From contig VBIQ01000024.1 in the NCBI GenBank assembly GCA_005880985.1, positions 6,429 through 70,428 of the forward strand: a stretch of 64,000 nucleotides of DNA, read 5' to 3'. Source of the stretch: Chloroflexota bacterium (GTDB lineage: Bacteria; Chloroflexota; Dormibacteria; Aeolococcales; Aeolococcaceae). Position numbers and translations under genes: made by a program. Each line of letters opens with the position of its first letter. The first letter of the stretch is position 1. The notes beneath the pieces were generated by a model. That model did not search any database. It was not told where the DNA came from and saw only the letters and a list, made by a program, of their open reading frames with translations. Shown here in pieces: positions 8,778-16,760 of this stretch.

Positions 8778-9329
8778 ATGGGAGCAGGGTCTGGTGCCGT
8801 CGATATGACCAGGCTGAGCGGGGCCAGGTCCGCGATGCTCGAATGGTGTCTCCAGGGCAGGCTCGAACTGGCCGAGAGCCTCCGCCAGTTGCCTCCGGAG
8901 CAGAGGGTCGAGATCCACGCGGTTGTTGATTATGTCGTCGCCTGTCTGCTCAGCGGTGTCGGGGCGGCACGCTACTGCGCGATCTGCGGTCACTACCGAC
9001 TGGATGCCCTGCGCGGACTGGAGATCCTCGGTGCTTCCGAGCGGCTCACCGATGATGAGCGAGGTCGCGTCAAGGAAACGACCGATCACGTCTCTCATCT
9101 GTATGCGGACGTCTTCGCCGTGAGCGGCGGAGACGCGGACGTTGCGATGCGCGTCCTGCGCACGCTCTGGCTTGTCTTCTTCGGCAATCGCGACGAGATC
9201 AAAGGTGCACCGAGCGCAGACCGCCATGCTCTGCTGGAGTCGCTTCAAGACCTTGACCGAGGGTTGCCGCACCTGCAGCCGCTCGATCGTCAGGAGCTGG
9301 CCAGGTTCATCGCCGCCTTGAGCGCATGA
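8778..9329 (+). CDS. hypothetical protein
   Basis: 183-aa ORF with ordinary (non-Arg/Pro-run) composition, convergent with the FHA-ATPase gene. No recognisable domain. Confidence 0.3.
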   Translation: MGAGSGAVDMTRLSGARSAMLEWCLQGRLELAESLRQLPPEQRVEIHAVVDYVVACLLSGVGAARYCAICGHYRLDALRGLEILGASERLTDDERGRVKETTDHVSHLYADVFAVSGGDADVAMRVLRTLWLVFFGNRDEIKGAPSADRHALLESLQDLDRGLPHLQPLDRQELARFIAALSA

Positions 9330-9338
9330 CGGCGGACG

Positions 9339-10631
9339 CTAGTTGGCGATCGCCGTCGTCTCCAGGCGCTCGATCTGCTCGACGCGAAAACGGCCCTCGT
9401 GCGGAGCCATGCTCACGCTGATGGGGAGGTGTCCCGCGATCTCCTGAGCGGCCGCCACGCGATCGACGTCGTGCGCTGCGAGGATGTCGACCGCGCGGGC
9501 GCGCCAGGCCGCGGCGTCGCCGGTGCGGGCGGCGAGGATGACGGAGATACCGCCGCCGGGGAGCATCCACGTCGCCGCCGCGGCCGCGCCAGGCAGGGCG
9601 TCATCGACGGCGATCCAGTCTGGGCTGAGGGCGAGCGCCGCCTCGACCGCGGCTTCGCCGTGACCCGCGGCGGACCGCACCCGAACCGCCTGTGGGGAAA
9701 CGGTGCGGATTGCGGGGCGCCTCTCGACAACCACGATCCGTGCTCCACGAGGCACCTCGTCGATGAGCGCCTCGAGCATCGACGTTCGTCCGCTGCGGGC
9801 GATGCCGGTGATCAGCACACCCTCCCCGCGCGCCACCACCTGCTGGAGGCCGGCAACGCTCGAGGCATCCAACACCCCGGCTGCGGCGAGGTTGCGCAGG
9901 CCGACGGGCGTTGGTCGGCGCTGCGCGACGAGCACGGGCCGCGCCGTCAGTGGGGGCCGGAACACCTCGACGAGCACGGCCTCGTTGCTCAGGGTGGCAA
10001 CGTAGCCACCGCTTGACGGATCGCTGGAGGTGAGGCGGCAGAGCTGCTCCCACAGCGCATTCCACGCCTTGGCGGTCACCACGCCGGAGCCGGTCTGACC
10101 CCATTCTCCGGCGCGGCGCAAACGGACCTTGGTACCCGGTTCGACGACGAGGTGGGTGATTGCCGGGTCGGCGAAGGCGCGGAACACCTGGCTCACGAAG
10201 GCGCTGGTGCCACCGTCGCCGGCAGCGGGCGGGGATTGCGGTGGAGGCGCGCTCTTCGGCGGAGCGGTGGCCGCCGGCGAGGGTGTCCGGGCCTCTGCGT
10301 TGCCGCCGCCCTCGAGCTCGAGATGCAACTCCACCGGGCCGACGCGGAGGACCGACTTGGCACCGGCGACCGCGGGGACGTTCGGCTTGAGCCGGCGTCC
10401 GTCGAGCATCGAACCGTTGCTCGAATCGAGGTCGGTGACCACCAGCCGGCCTTCCTTGAGGTCGAGCGAGACATGCTGGCGCGACACCTTCGACTCCGGG
10501 TCGAGCGCCGAGAGGTCGCAGTCCAGGGTGCTTGGCGCGCCGTCCTGGTACCGGCCGAGGACCGCGGGGAAGCGGTCGATGCGAACGGTCGATCCGTCCG
10601 CGCCGCGCACGACGACCGCTGCGCTGCTCAT
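9339..10631 (-). CDS. FHA-domain protein fused to a degenerate CpaF/VirB11-like secretion-ATPase domain (probable pseudo-ATPase)
   Basis: The N-terminus is an FHA fold (RFPAVLGR...VSRQHVSLDLKEGRLVVTDLDSSNGSMLDGRRL). A Pro/Ala linker follows. The C-terminus aligns to CpaF-type ATPases but with a degenerate Walker A (GIARSGRTS instead of GxxGxGKT), then RIVVVER, LSPDWIAVDD and LPGGGISVILAART. Its start overlaps the stop of the LAL regulator by 4 nt. Confidence 0.65.
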   Translation of the reverse strand: MSSAAVVVRGADGSTVRIDRFPAVLGRYQDGAPSTLDCDLSALDPESKVSRQHVSLDLKEGRLVVTDLDSSNGSMLDGRRLKPNVPAVAGAKSVLRVGPVELHLELEGGGNAEARTPSPAATAPPKSAPPPQSPPAAGDGGTSAFVSQVFRAFADPAITHLVVEPGTKVRLRRAGEWGQTGSGVVTAKAWNALWEQLCRLTSSDPSSGGYVATLSNEAVLVEVFRPPLTARPVLVAQRRPTPVGLRNLAAAGVLDASSVAGLQQVVARGEGVLITGIARSGRTSMLEALIDEVPRGARIVVVERRPAIRTVSPQAVRVRSAAGHGEAAVEAALALSPDWIAVDDALPGAAAAATWMLPGGGISVILAARTGDAAAWRARAVDILAAHDVDRVAAAQEIAGHLPISVSMAPHEGRFRVEQIERLETTAIAN

Positions 10632-12700
10632 GGCGCCGCCATCATCGACAGGGGTCGGTGCACTGTCAATTCAGTGCCGGGGCCGGTGCGGGTGGATGCG
10701 GTGGCGGCACTGTGCCGGTGGTCGGGCTGGACGACCCACGACGCGAGCTGGGTCCGGTTGTCGAGCCGGAGCTTCTGCAGGATGCGGCCCACGTGATGAT
10801 CGACGGTGCGATGGCTGATCGACAGCCGCGCCGCGATCGTCCGGTTGGTGAGGCCCTCGGCGACCAGGGCGCAGACCTCGAGCTCGCGCTCGCTCAGCGC
10901 CTCGCGCGACGCCGGGCGTCCACGCGCCAGGGACCGCTCGATCCGGGCCAGCTCGGCGAGGGCGCCGCAGGCGTGCGCCAGCTGTCGCGCTTCGGCCAGC
11001 GCGGAGGCCGCTGCGGTCGGACGTCCGTTGGCGTCAGAGGCGACGCTGAGGACCCGCAGGGACCGAACGCGCTCCAGGGGGGACACGAGCCGCTGTGCGA
11101 TCGCCTGTTCGGCGGCGTGCAACCCCCCTGCCGTGTCACGCAGCGCCATGCACACCAGTGCGCGCGAGCGGGCGCGAAGTTCCACGGTGAGCGGTGCCGT
11201 CGTACCGGCGGTGAGCGCGTCCAGCCGTTCGACGGCAGCGGTCGCGTTGCCCACCTGCCCTCGGACAAGCTCGGTCTCGACAACGTCGGGAAGCATCGCC
11301 GTCTCGCCGGCAACCGAGCGACACCCTGCCTGGGCGCGGACGGCCCAGGACAGCCACCGGGCGGCGGCGTCGGGACTGCCGCTGTTGGCCAGCGCCCGAC
11401 CCGCCGCCCACGCCGACCACGCCGCGGGGCGAAGTCCCAGCGCCTGCCGGTCGAGGGCGAGCAGCGCGCCGACGACGCGCCGGATGGCCGGCTGGTCGGC
11501 CCGGTCCGCGGCGACCAGGGCTTCCAGGCCCAAGCGGTATGGCGCTGCTGCCGGGAGCACGCGGTCGATGTCGGCGCACGCCGCCAGCAGCGCGGTGCAC
11601 TCCTCGAGCTCTCCGGTCCGCCACCGGCACCACGCCAGGGTGAGAGCCGCGCGCATGTGCGCCGGTCCCGGTGGCTGGCCGTCGAGCGAACGCATCCCGG
11701 CGAGCGCTCGGGTCGTGGCGCCGTCCGCGTCTCCCGCGAGCAGGAGTGCCTGGGCGAGCGCCGGCATCACGTCCGGCACTCGACGCCCGGACATGGCTGC
11801 CTCGGCGCGCTCGATGTGCCGCTCGACCTGCGGTGCATCACCGAGTTCGGCGACCGCGACCGCCGCCAGCGCCTGCGCGTGAGCGGCGGCGCCGGCGTCC
11901 CGGATCGTGGCGGCCGCGGCCAGCGCCTCGCCGGCCAGGTGCAGCGCGCTCGAGGGCGACCCGGATTCGAGAACGCTCCACCCGCGCAGTACGGTGATCC
12001 GGCATTCCCGAGGCTGGTCGCGGCGGGAGGCGCCGTCCGTGCCCGTGGTGGGACGGAAATCACCGGTGGGGATACGCACGCTGCGCAGCGCCTGCTCGAG
12101 GCGGACGCGGTCGTAGCGCGTCCGGTGTCGCGGCGCCAGCTCGTCGGCGAGTGCGGCCAGTACGCCGGGGGTGCCGTTTGCTGACCGCACCAGATGCTCG
12201 ACGAGCGCAGGGCTCAAACGCAGTGCGGTACCGGCCCGCTGCTCGAGCATGGCGATCGAGTCGTCGACGTCGAGGTGGCGCAGTAGCAACCGGCGTCCCG
12301 TGCCCTCGTCGATGCATCGGCGGAGGGGAGCGAGCACACCATTCTGTCCGCGCCCAGGCGGGGTTGTGCACGAGGCGACCAGCAGGACCCACGGGGGACT
12401 GATGGCGTTCGCTGCGAGAATGGTGACGAGCCTGGCGTCCAGGCGGTCGGCGTCGTCGGCGAGGACGACCAGCCGGCGGGAGACCCCGGCCGCGCCATCG
12501 AGGCGCGCCTGCAGGTCACCAGCGGTGACGCCATCGTTGGTCAGGTCCAGCACCTCGAGACCTTGAGCGGTGGCGGCCGCGGCCAGCCATCGCACCAGCG
12601 CCGTCCGCCCGCTGCCGGGGCCGCCCTCGATGAGCGCCGTCGAGGGACCGGCGCCGGAGAGCGCGGCGAGCAGCAGCGACTGCTCGTCTGAACGTCCCAC
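10628..12700 (-). CDS. LAL-family transcriptional regulator (N-terminal AAA/STAND ATPase, TPR-like middle, C-terminal LuxR HTH)
   Basis: The P-loop GGPGSGRTAL is near the N-terminus and the C-terminal LuxR box is ELEVCALVAEGLTNRTIAARLSISHRTVDHHVGRILQKL. The start is set at the GTG/TTG near Val171 of track ORF 10628..13210. The upstream 170 codons are Arg/Ser-rich and overlap the divergent gene. Confidence 0.75.
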   Translation of the reverse strand: MGRSDEQSLLLAALSGAGPSTALIEGGPGSGRTALVRWLAAAATAQGLEVLDLTNDGVTAGDLQARLDGAAGVSRRLVVLADDADRLDARLVTILAANAISPPWVLLVASCTTPPGRGQNGVLAPLRRCIDEGTGRRLLLRHLDVDDSIAMLEQRAGTALRLSPALVEHLVRSANGTPGVLAALADELAPRHRTRYDRVRLEQALRSVRIPTGDFRPTTGTDGASRRDQPRECRITVLRGWSVLESGSPSSALHLAGEALAAAATIRDAGAAAHAQALAAVAVAELGDAPQVERHIERAEAAMSGRRVPDVMPALAQALLLAGDADGATTRALAGMRSLDGQPPGPAHMRAALTLAWCRWRTGELEECTALLAACADIDRVLPAAAPYRLGLEALVAADRADQPAIRRVVGALLALDRQALGLRPAAWSAWAAGRALANSGSPDAAARWLSWAVRAQAGCRSVAGETAMLPDVVETELVRGQVGNATAAVERLDALTAGTTAPLTVELRARSRALVCMALRDTAGGLHAAEQAIAQRLVSPLERVRSLRVLSVASDANGRPTAAASALAEARQLAHACGALAELARIERSLARGRPASREALSERELEVCALVAEGLTNRTIAARLSISHRTVDHHVGRILQKLRLDNRTQLASWVVQPDHRHSAATASTRTGPGTELTVHRPLSMMAAP

Positions 12701-13025
12701 CAAGACGTGGCCCCCGCTCGCCGCCCTGCCTGCGGCCCCCCTCGCAGTCGGCACCGACGAAGTATCGCACCGTCTGCGCCCGTGTACGTGCGACGGCAAT
12801 GGGCAATTTCGCCGATGCCGGTCCCCTGGGAACCGGCTGGCCGCCGGCGGGGCCGTGGCCGCCCAGATCAGGGCCAGGACCGGCGCGGGTATCGGACAGC
12901 GCCGATCGGTCTTTGTCCACGCAATAGGCCATCTCGCCGATGACACCTCTGGCCCGGCGGCAGAGACTGTCGGGCAGACGAGGTGGTCGGGCCGCTGTGG
13001 TCTGGACCGACGAGGGGGGACGACC
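12701..13025. promoter_or_regulatory. divergent intergenic/promoter region between the LAL regulator operon and the first Nif11-leader-like giant protein gene; RBS GAGGGGGGA about 9 nt upstream of the GTG at 13026
   Basis: 325-bp non-coding gap between divergent starts. The purine-rich Shine-Dalgarno element is the same one seen upstream of paralogs 4-6 (AAGAGGGGGxCxCATG). Confidence 0.4.
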
Positions 13026-16000
13026 GTGGCAGATGCGGCATTCCGCACCGTGGTGGCCCGCATGGCCGCCGACCCCGAGTTCGCGGCCCGAGTGCGCGGC
13101 GATGCGACCTCGGCTCTGGCGGAGTTCGACCTGACCGACGAGGAGCGCGCCCAGCTTGCGCTGCTCGAGTCCGACACCACCTCCTCCGCCGCCAATCTCG
13201 GACAACGCATCAGCAGGTCGTCGCTGTTCTTCGGCGGGTCCGGCGGCAGCGCGCCGCCGGGGACCGTGCCGCACGCCGCCGCCGAGGAGGCCGTGCAGGT
13301 GGCCCAGGCGGGCGATCAGCCGGTGGTCACCGTGCACGAGACGGCGGCGCACGCCATGGCGGCGTCGGGACAGGCGGATCCGACCCTGGCCTCGGCCGAC
13401 CTGGGGCAGGGCGGCCAGCCGAGCCTCGCCTCCGAGATCCAGCACGAGCACGACCTCGATCGGCAGATCGCCGAGTTGCGCATCGAGCGCGATCTGCTCG
13501 ATGCCCGGATCACCGAGCAGACCCTCGCCGGTGGCGGCGATCCCGGGCTCACGTCTCCGGGTGACGGAGGGGCGATGGTTCCGGGCGGTCTGGGGCACGG
13601 CGTGCCCGGTGGTGTCGGCGGGTCGCCGCTCGAGGCGATCCCGTCGCTCGGTCACCCGCACCCCGGCGCACCCCACGGCGGCATGCCTCCCGGGGCGGTG
13701 GCGCATGCGGAAGCGCGCCATCCCGGCGCCCCGGCGGGGCACGCGGGTGGCGGCGTCCCCGGGGCACCGGCGGTGCATCCGGGAGGTGGCAGTCAACCAG
13801 GGGTCCAGGCGCCCGGTGCAGGGGCGGGTTCGGCCGCAACCCCGCACGGCGCCGGAGCGCCGCCGGTGCCTCCCTGGGCGCACCCCGGCGCGATCGCCGC
13901 CGCCGCGCACCCCGGCTCGGCGGCCGCGCCACCGTCGCCGGCGGGGCATGGGCAGCATTCGTTCGGCGGTGGCGCGGTGCGCCCGGGTGCCGGCGCCGGC
14001 GCCGCGACCGCTCCGCATGCGCCCGGCACAACGCAACACCCGGGTGCCGGTGCGGGCACCGCGAGCGCGCCGCATCCGCAGACGGCGGCGCCCGTCCCCG
14101 ACAGCGTCTCGCACTTCGCGCGGTCGGTCCAGGACTACGTGCACCGAACCCACCATCAGCCGAGCGAGGAGTGGTACACGTATCTGCGCCAGCACGGCGC
14201 GCCGCCCGCCGATGACAACTACGGGCCCCCCCCCGTGCATCCCGGGTTCACCGCCCCACGCCCCGGGACGCCCTTCGGACCGTCACCCGCGGCTCCCACC
14301 GTCTCGCCCCAGGACGCGCAGCTGCTACCGCACACCGGCGACCCGGTGGTCGACGCCGCCAACCAGCACATCCTCGCGGACTACCTGCAGCACTACCACC
14401 ACCGGCCGACCGATGCGTGGTTGGCGTACTTCCGCGATTTCGGTCATCCGCCCAAGGACGACCTCTTCGGCATGCCTGGGCACCCTCACCCTGACGGGCC
14501 TCCGGCGGTCGGCCTCAAGCCAAAGCCCGACACGACGACCACCACGTCCAAGCCACCCAAGCCCGGCACCACGACCGGAGGCGGTGGCGGTGGTGGCCGT
14601 CCCAGCGGCGGCGGTGGCGCCGGCGCAAGTGGTGGCCATCCCGGCGGAGGAAGTGGTGGTGGTGGGCAGCCAGCCGGTGGCGGCGGTGGGGGAGGTCACG
14701 GCGGTCACAGTGGTCCCACCCAGCCCGGCGGCAGGGGTGCCAACCCTGATCCGTGGGGAAGCATGGGCGTGCAGGACCCGGGACAGTGGCAGGAGCCGCA
14801 CCCCGGTCCGCATCCGCCGCACCCCGGTGACGGGACGGGCGACCACGGCAAACACGTGCCACCGACGCCCGACTCCACGCACGATCACCTGGGACCTCAC
14901 GGTGAGCTGATCAAGGCCGACGGCAGCCCCATCCTGGGACCACATGGCGAGCTGCTCGGCGCCGACCACAAGCCCATTCTCGGCACCAGTGGCGAACTTC
15001 TCGGACCAGGGATGCAGGGGGTGTTGGGGCCCCACGGCGAAATCGTCGGTCCCGACGGCAAGCCTATCCTGGGCGAGAACGGCGAGATCCTGGGGCGCGA
15101 CGGCTCGCCGCTCACCGGCCCGCACGACGAGATCCTCGGCCCGAATGGAAAGCCGATCCTCGGTGATCACGGCGAGATCCTCGACTTCCACAGCGACCCG
15201 ATCACCGGGCCCCACGACGAGATTCTCGGCCCCGATGGCAAGCCGATCCTCGGAGCCCATGGCGAGATCCTCGACGTCGACGGCAAGTCGATGGTGGGCA
15301 GCAGCGGCGAGATCCTCGGCCCCGACGGGAACCCCGCGCTCGGCCAGCACGGCGAGATCATCCATCCCGACGGATCGCCCTTCCTCGGCAATCTCGGCGA
15401 GCTGCAGGGACCCAACGGCATCCCCGCGCACGGGTCGCACGGGGAGATCCTCGGCCCCGACGGTACGCCGCTCCTTGGGGCGAACAACGAGCTGCTCCGT
15501 CCCGACGGGGATTCGCTCACCGGCGCTCACGGCGAGATCCTCGGTCGCGACGGCACGCCGATCACCGGGTCGCACGGCGAGATCCTCGACCCCGACATGC
15601 ACCAGCTCACCGGTGGGCATGGCGAGATCCTCGGTCCCGACGGCACTCCGGTTTTGGGCAGCAATGGCGAGATCCTGAACACCGACGGCAACGCGATCCT
15701 CGGCAACAATGCCGAGCTGCTCAAGCCCGACGGCACCCCGGTGACCGGTCCGCACGGCGAGGTCCTGGGCGATGGCGGGGCGCCCCTATTGGGTCCCGAC
15801 CACGAACTGCAGGACGCGAACTTCGCACCGATTCTCGGTTCCCATGGGGAGATCCTGGGGGGCGACGGCATGCCGGTGTTGGGCGGCAACGGCGAGCTGA
15901 TGGGCCCCGGCGGACAGCAGATCCTGGGCTCTCATGGCGAGATCCTCGACAGCGGTGGGAAACCGATCCTGGGTCTGAACGGCGAGATCCTCGACACCAA

Positions 16001-16730
16001 TGGCAATCCGATCACCGACTCCAACGGCAACCCGATGGGCGAGAACGGCCAACCGATCGGCGCCAGCACTGGACAAGACGCGTCACAGCAGACAACGAGC
16101 ACGACCGCGGATGGATCGCAACCGACTGCCACGGCCACGTCGGCCGATGCGTCGCAGCAGACCACGGCGACGTCAGACACCACTCAGCAGACGGCGACTG
16201 ATCCGACACAGCAGGCGGCGGCTCAGGCGGCAGTAGATCAAGCGGCCCAGCAGGCGACAGCCGACCAGGCGGCGCAACCGGCGGCCGACCAGGCGGCGCA
16301 GCAGGCGGCGGCGCAAGCGGCAGCGGACCAGGCGGCGCAGCAGGCGGCGGCGCAAGCGGCAGCCGACCAGGCGGCGCAGCAGGCGGCGGCGCAAGCGGCA
16401 GCGGACCAGGCGGCGCAGCAGGCGGCGGCGCAGGCGGCAGCGGACCAGGCGGCGCAGCAGGCGGCGGCGCAGGCGGCAGCGGACCAGGCGGCGCAGCAGG
16501 CGGCGGCGCAGGCGGCAGCCGACCAGGCGGCGCAGCAGGCGGCGGCGCAAGCAGCAGCAGACCAGGCGGCGCAGCAAGCAGCGGCGGACCAGGCCGCGGC
16601 GCAAGCGGCAGCCGACCAGGCCGCGGCACAGGCGGCAGCAGACCAGGCCGCGGCACAGGCGGCAGCAGACCAGGCGGCTGCGGACGCCGCCGCCGCCGCG
16701 TCCGCGGCACCGTCGGACGGAAGCAGCTAA
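13026..16730 (+). CDS. giant acidic repeat protein with N-terminal Nif11/NHLP-type leader-like domain (paralog 1 of 6); His/Pro/Gly-rich region, ~30x 15-aa HGEILGPDGxPILG repeats, C-terminal 13-aa QAAAD repeats
   Basis: GTG start with RBS (Val153 of track ORF 12570..16730). The N-terminus VADAAFRTVVARMAADPEFAARVRGDATSALAEFDLTDEERAQL...GQRISRSSLFFGGSGGS is shared with 5 downstream paralogs. There is no hydrophobic signal peptide. Confidence 0.75.
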   Translation: MADAAFRTVVARMAADPEFAARVRGDATSALAEFDLTDEERAQLALLESDTTSSAANLGQRISRSSLFFGGSGGSAPPGTVPHAAAEEAVQVAQAGDQPVVTVHETAAHAMAASGQADPTLASADLGQGGQPSLASEIQHEHDLDRQIAELRIERDLLDARITEQTLAGGGDPGLTSPGDGGAMVPGGLGHGVPGGVGGSPLEAIPSLGHPHPGAPHGGMPPGAVAHAEARHPGAPAGHAGGGVPGAPAVHPGGGSQPGVQAPGAGAGSAATPHGAGAPPVPPWAHPGAIAAAAHPGSAAAPPSPAGHGQHSFGGGAVRPGAGAGAATAPHAPGTTQHPGAGAGTASAPHPQTAAPVPDSVSHFARSVQDYVHRTHHQPSEEWYTYLRQHGAPPADDNYGPPPVHPGFTAPRPGTPFGPSPAAPTVSPQDAQLLPHTGDPVVDAANQHILADYLQHYHHRPTDAWLAYFRDFGHPPKDDLFGMPGHPHPDGPPAVGLKPKPDTTTTTSKPPKPGTTTGGGGGGGRPSGGGGAGASGGHPGGGSGGGGQPAGGGGGGGHGGHSGPTQPGGRGANPDPWGSMGVQDPGQWQEPHPGPHPPHPGDGTGDHGKHVPPTPDSTHDHLGPHGELIKADGSPILGPHGELLGADHKPILGTSGELLGPGMQGVLGPHGEIVGPDGKPILGENGEILGRDGSPLTGPHDEILGPNGKPILGDHGEILDFHSDPITGPHDEILGPDGKPILGAHGEILDVDGKSMVGSSGEILGPDGNPALGQHGEIIHPDGSPFLGNLGELQGPNGIPAHGSHGEILGPDGTPLLGANNELLRPDGDSLTGAHGEILGRDGTPITGSHGEILDPDMHQLTGGHGEILGPDGTPVLGSNGEILNTDGNAILGNNAELLKPDGTPVTGPHGEVLGDGGAPLLGPDHELQDANFAPILGSHGEILGGDGMPVLGGNGELMGPGGQQILGSHGEILDSGGKPILGLNGEILDTNGNPITDSNGNPMGENGQPIGASTGQDASQQTTSTTADGSQPTATATSADASQQTTATSDTTQQTATDPTQQAAAQAAVDQAAQQATADQAAQPAADQAAQQAAAQAAADQAAQQAAAQAAADQAAQQAAAQAAADQAAQQAAAQAAADQAAQQAAAQAAADQAAQQAAAQAAADQAAQQAAAQAAADQAAQQAAADQAAAQAAADQAAAQAAADQAAAQAAADQAAADAAAAASAAPSDGSS
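14890..16070 (+). repeat. about 30 tandem 45-bp coding repeats (15-aa unit G-x-HGE-I/L-LGPDG-x-P-I/L-L)
   Basis: Direct reading of translation: LGPHGELIKADGSPILGPHGELLGADHKPILGTSGELLGPG...GSHGEILDSGGKPILGLNGEILDTNGNPI. Confidence 0.8.
16210..16700 (+). repeat. about 10 tandem near-identical 39-bp coding repeats (AAQQAAAQAAADQ)
   Basis: The DNA unit gaccaggcggcgcagcaggcggcggcgca(a/g)gcggcagc(g/c) recurs head-to-tail at the 3' end of paralog 1. Confidence 0.8.
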
Positions 16731-16760
16731 TGACGCCGCAACCCATCAGGGCCGACTGAC

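Noticed and set aside
12570-13025. Upstream 152 codons of track ORF 12570..16730 as part of paralog 1
   Set aside because: All five paralogs start about 10 residues before the conserved ARMA motif. A GTG at 13026 with a strong GAGGGGGGA RBS fits that pattern. The upstream part is Ser/Pro/Arg-rich and overlaps the divergent regulator frame.
14325-15755. 476-aa minus-strand ORF antisense to paralog 1 (plus similar long antisense ORFs at 16012-16977, 18608-20260, 20382-22442, 24961-25995, 29782-31365, 31769-32776)
   Set aside because: In ~72% GC DNA, stop codons are rare in the antisense frames of real genes. These ORFs mirror the coding repeats of the sense strand. Their products are dominated by Arg/Gly/Pro runs and lack domains.
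14890-16700. CRISPR array or mobile-element repeats as an explanation for the tandem repeats
   Set aside because: The repeats are in-frame coding units of 15, 18, 30, 39, 45 and 123 bp without unique spacers. No cas genes, transposase or integrase ORFs are present in the window.
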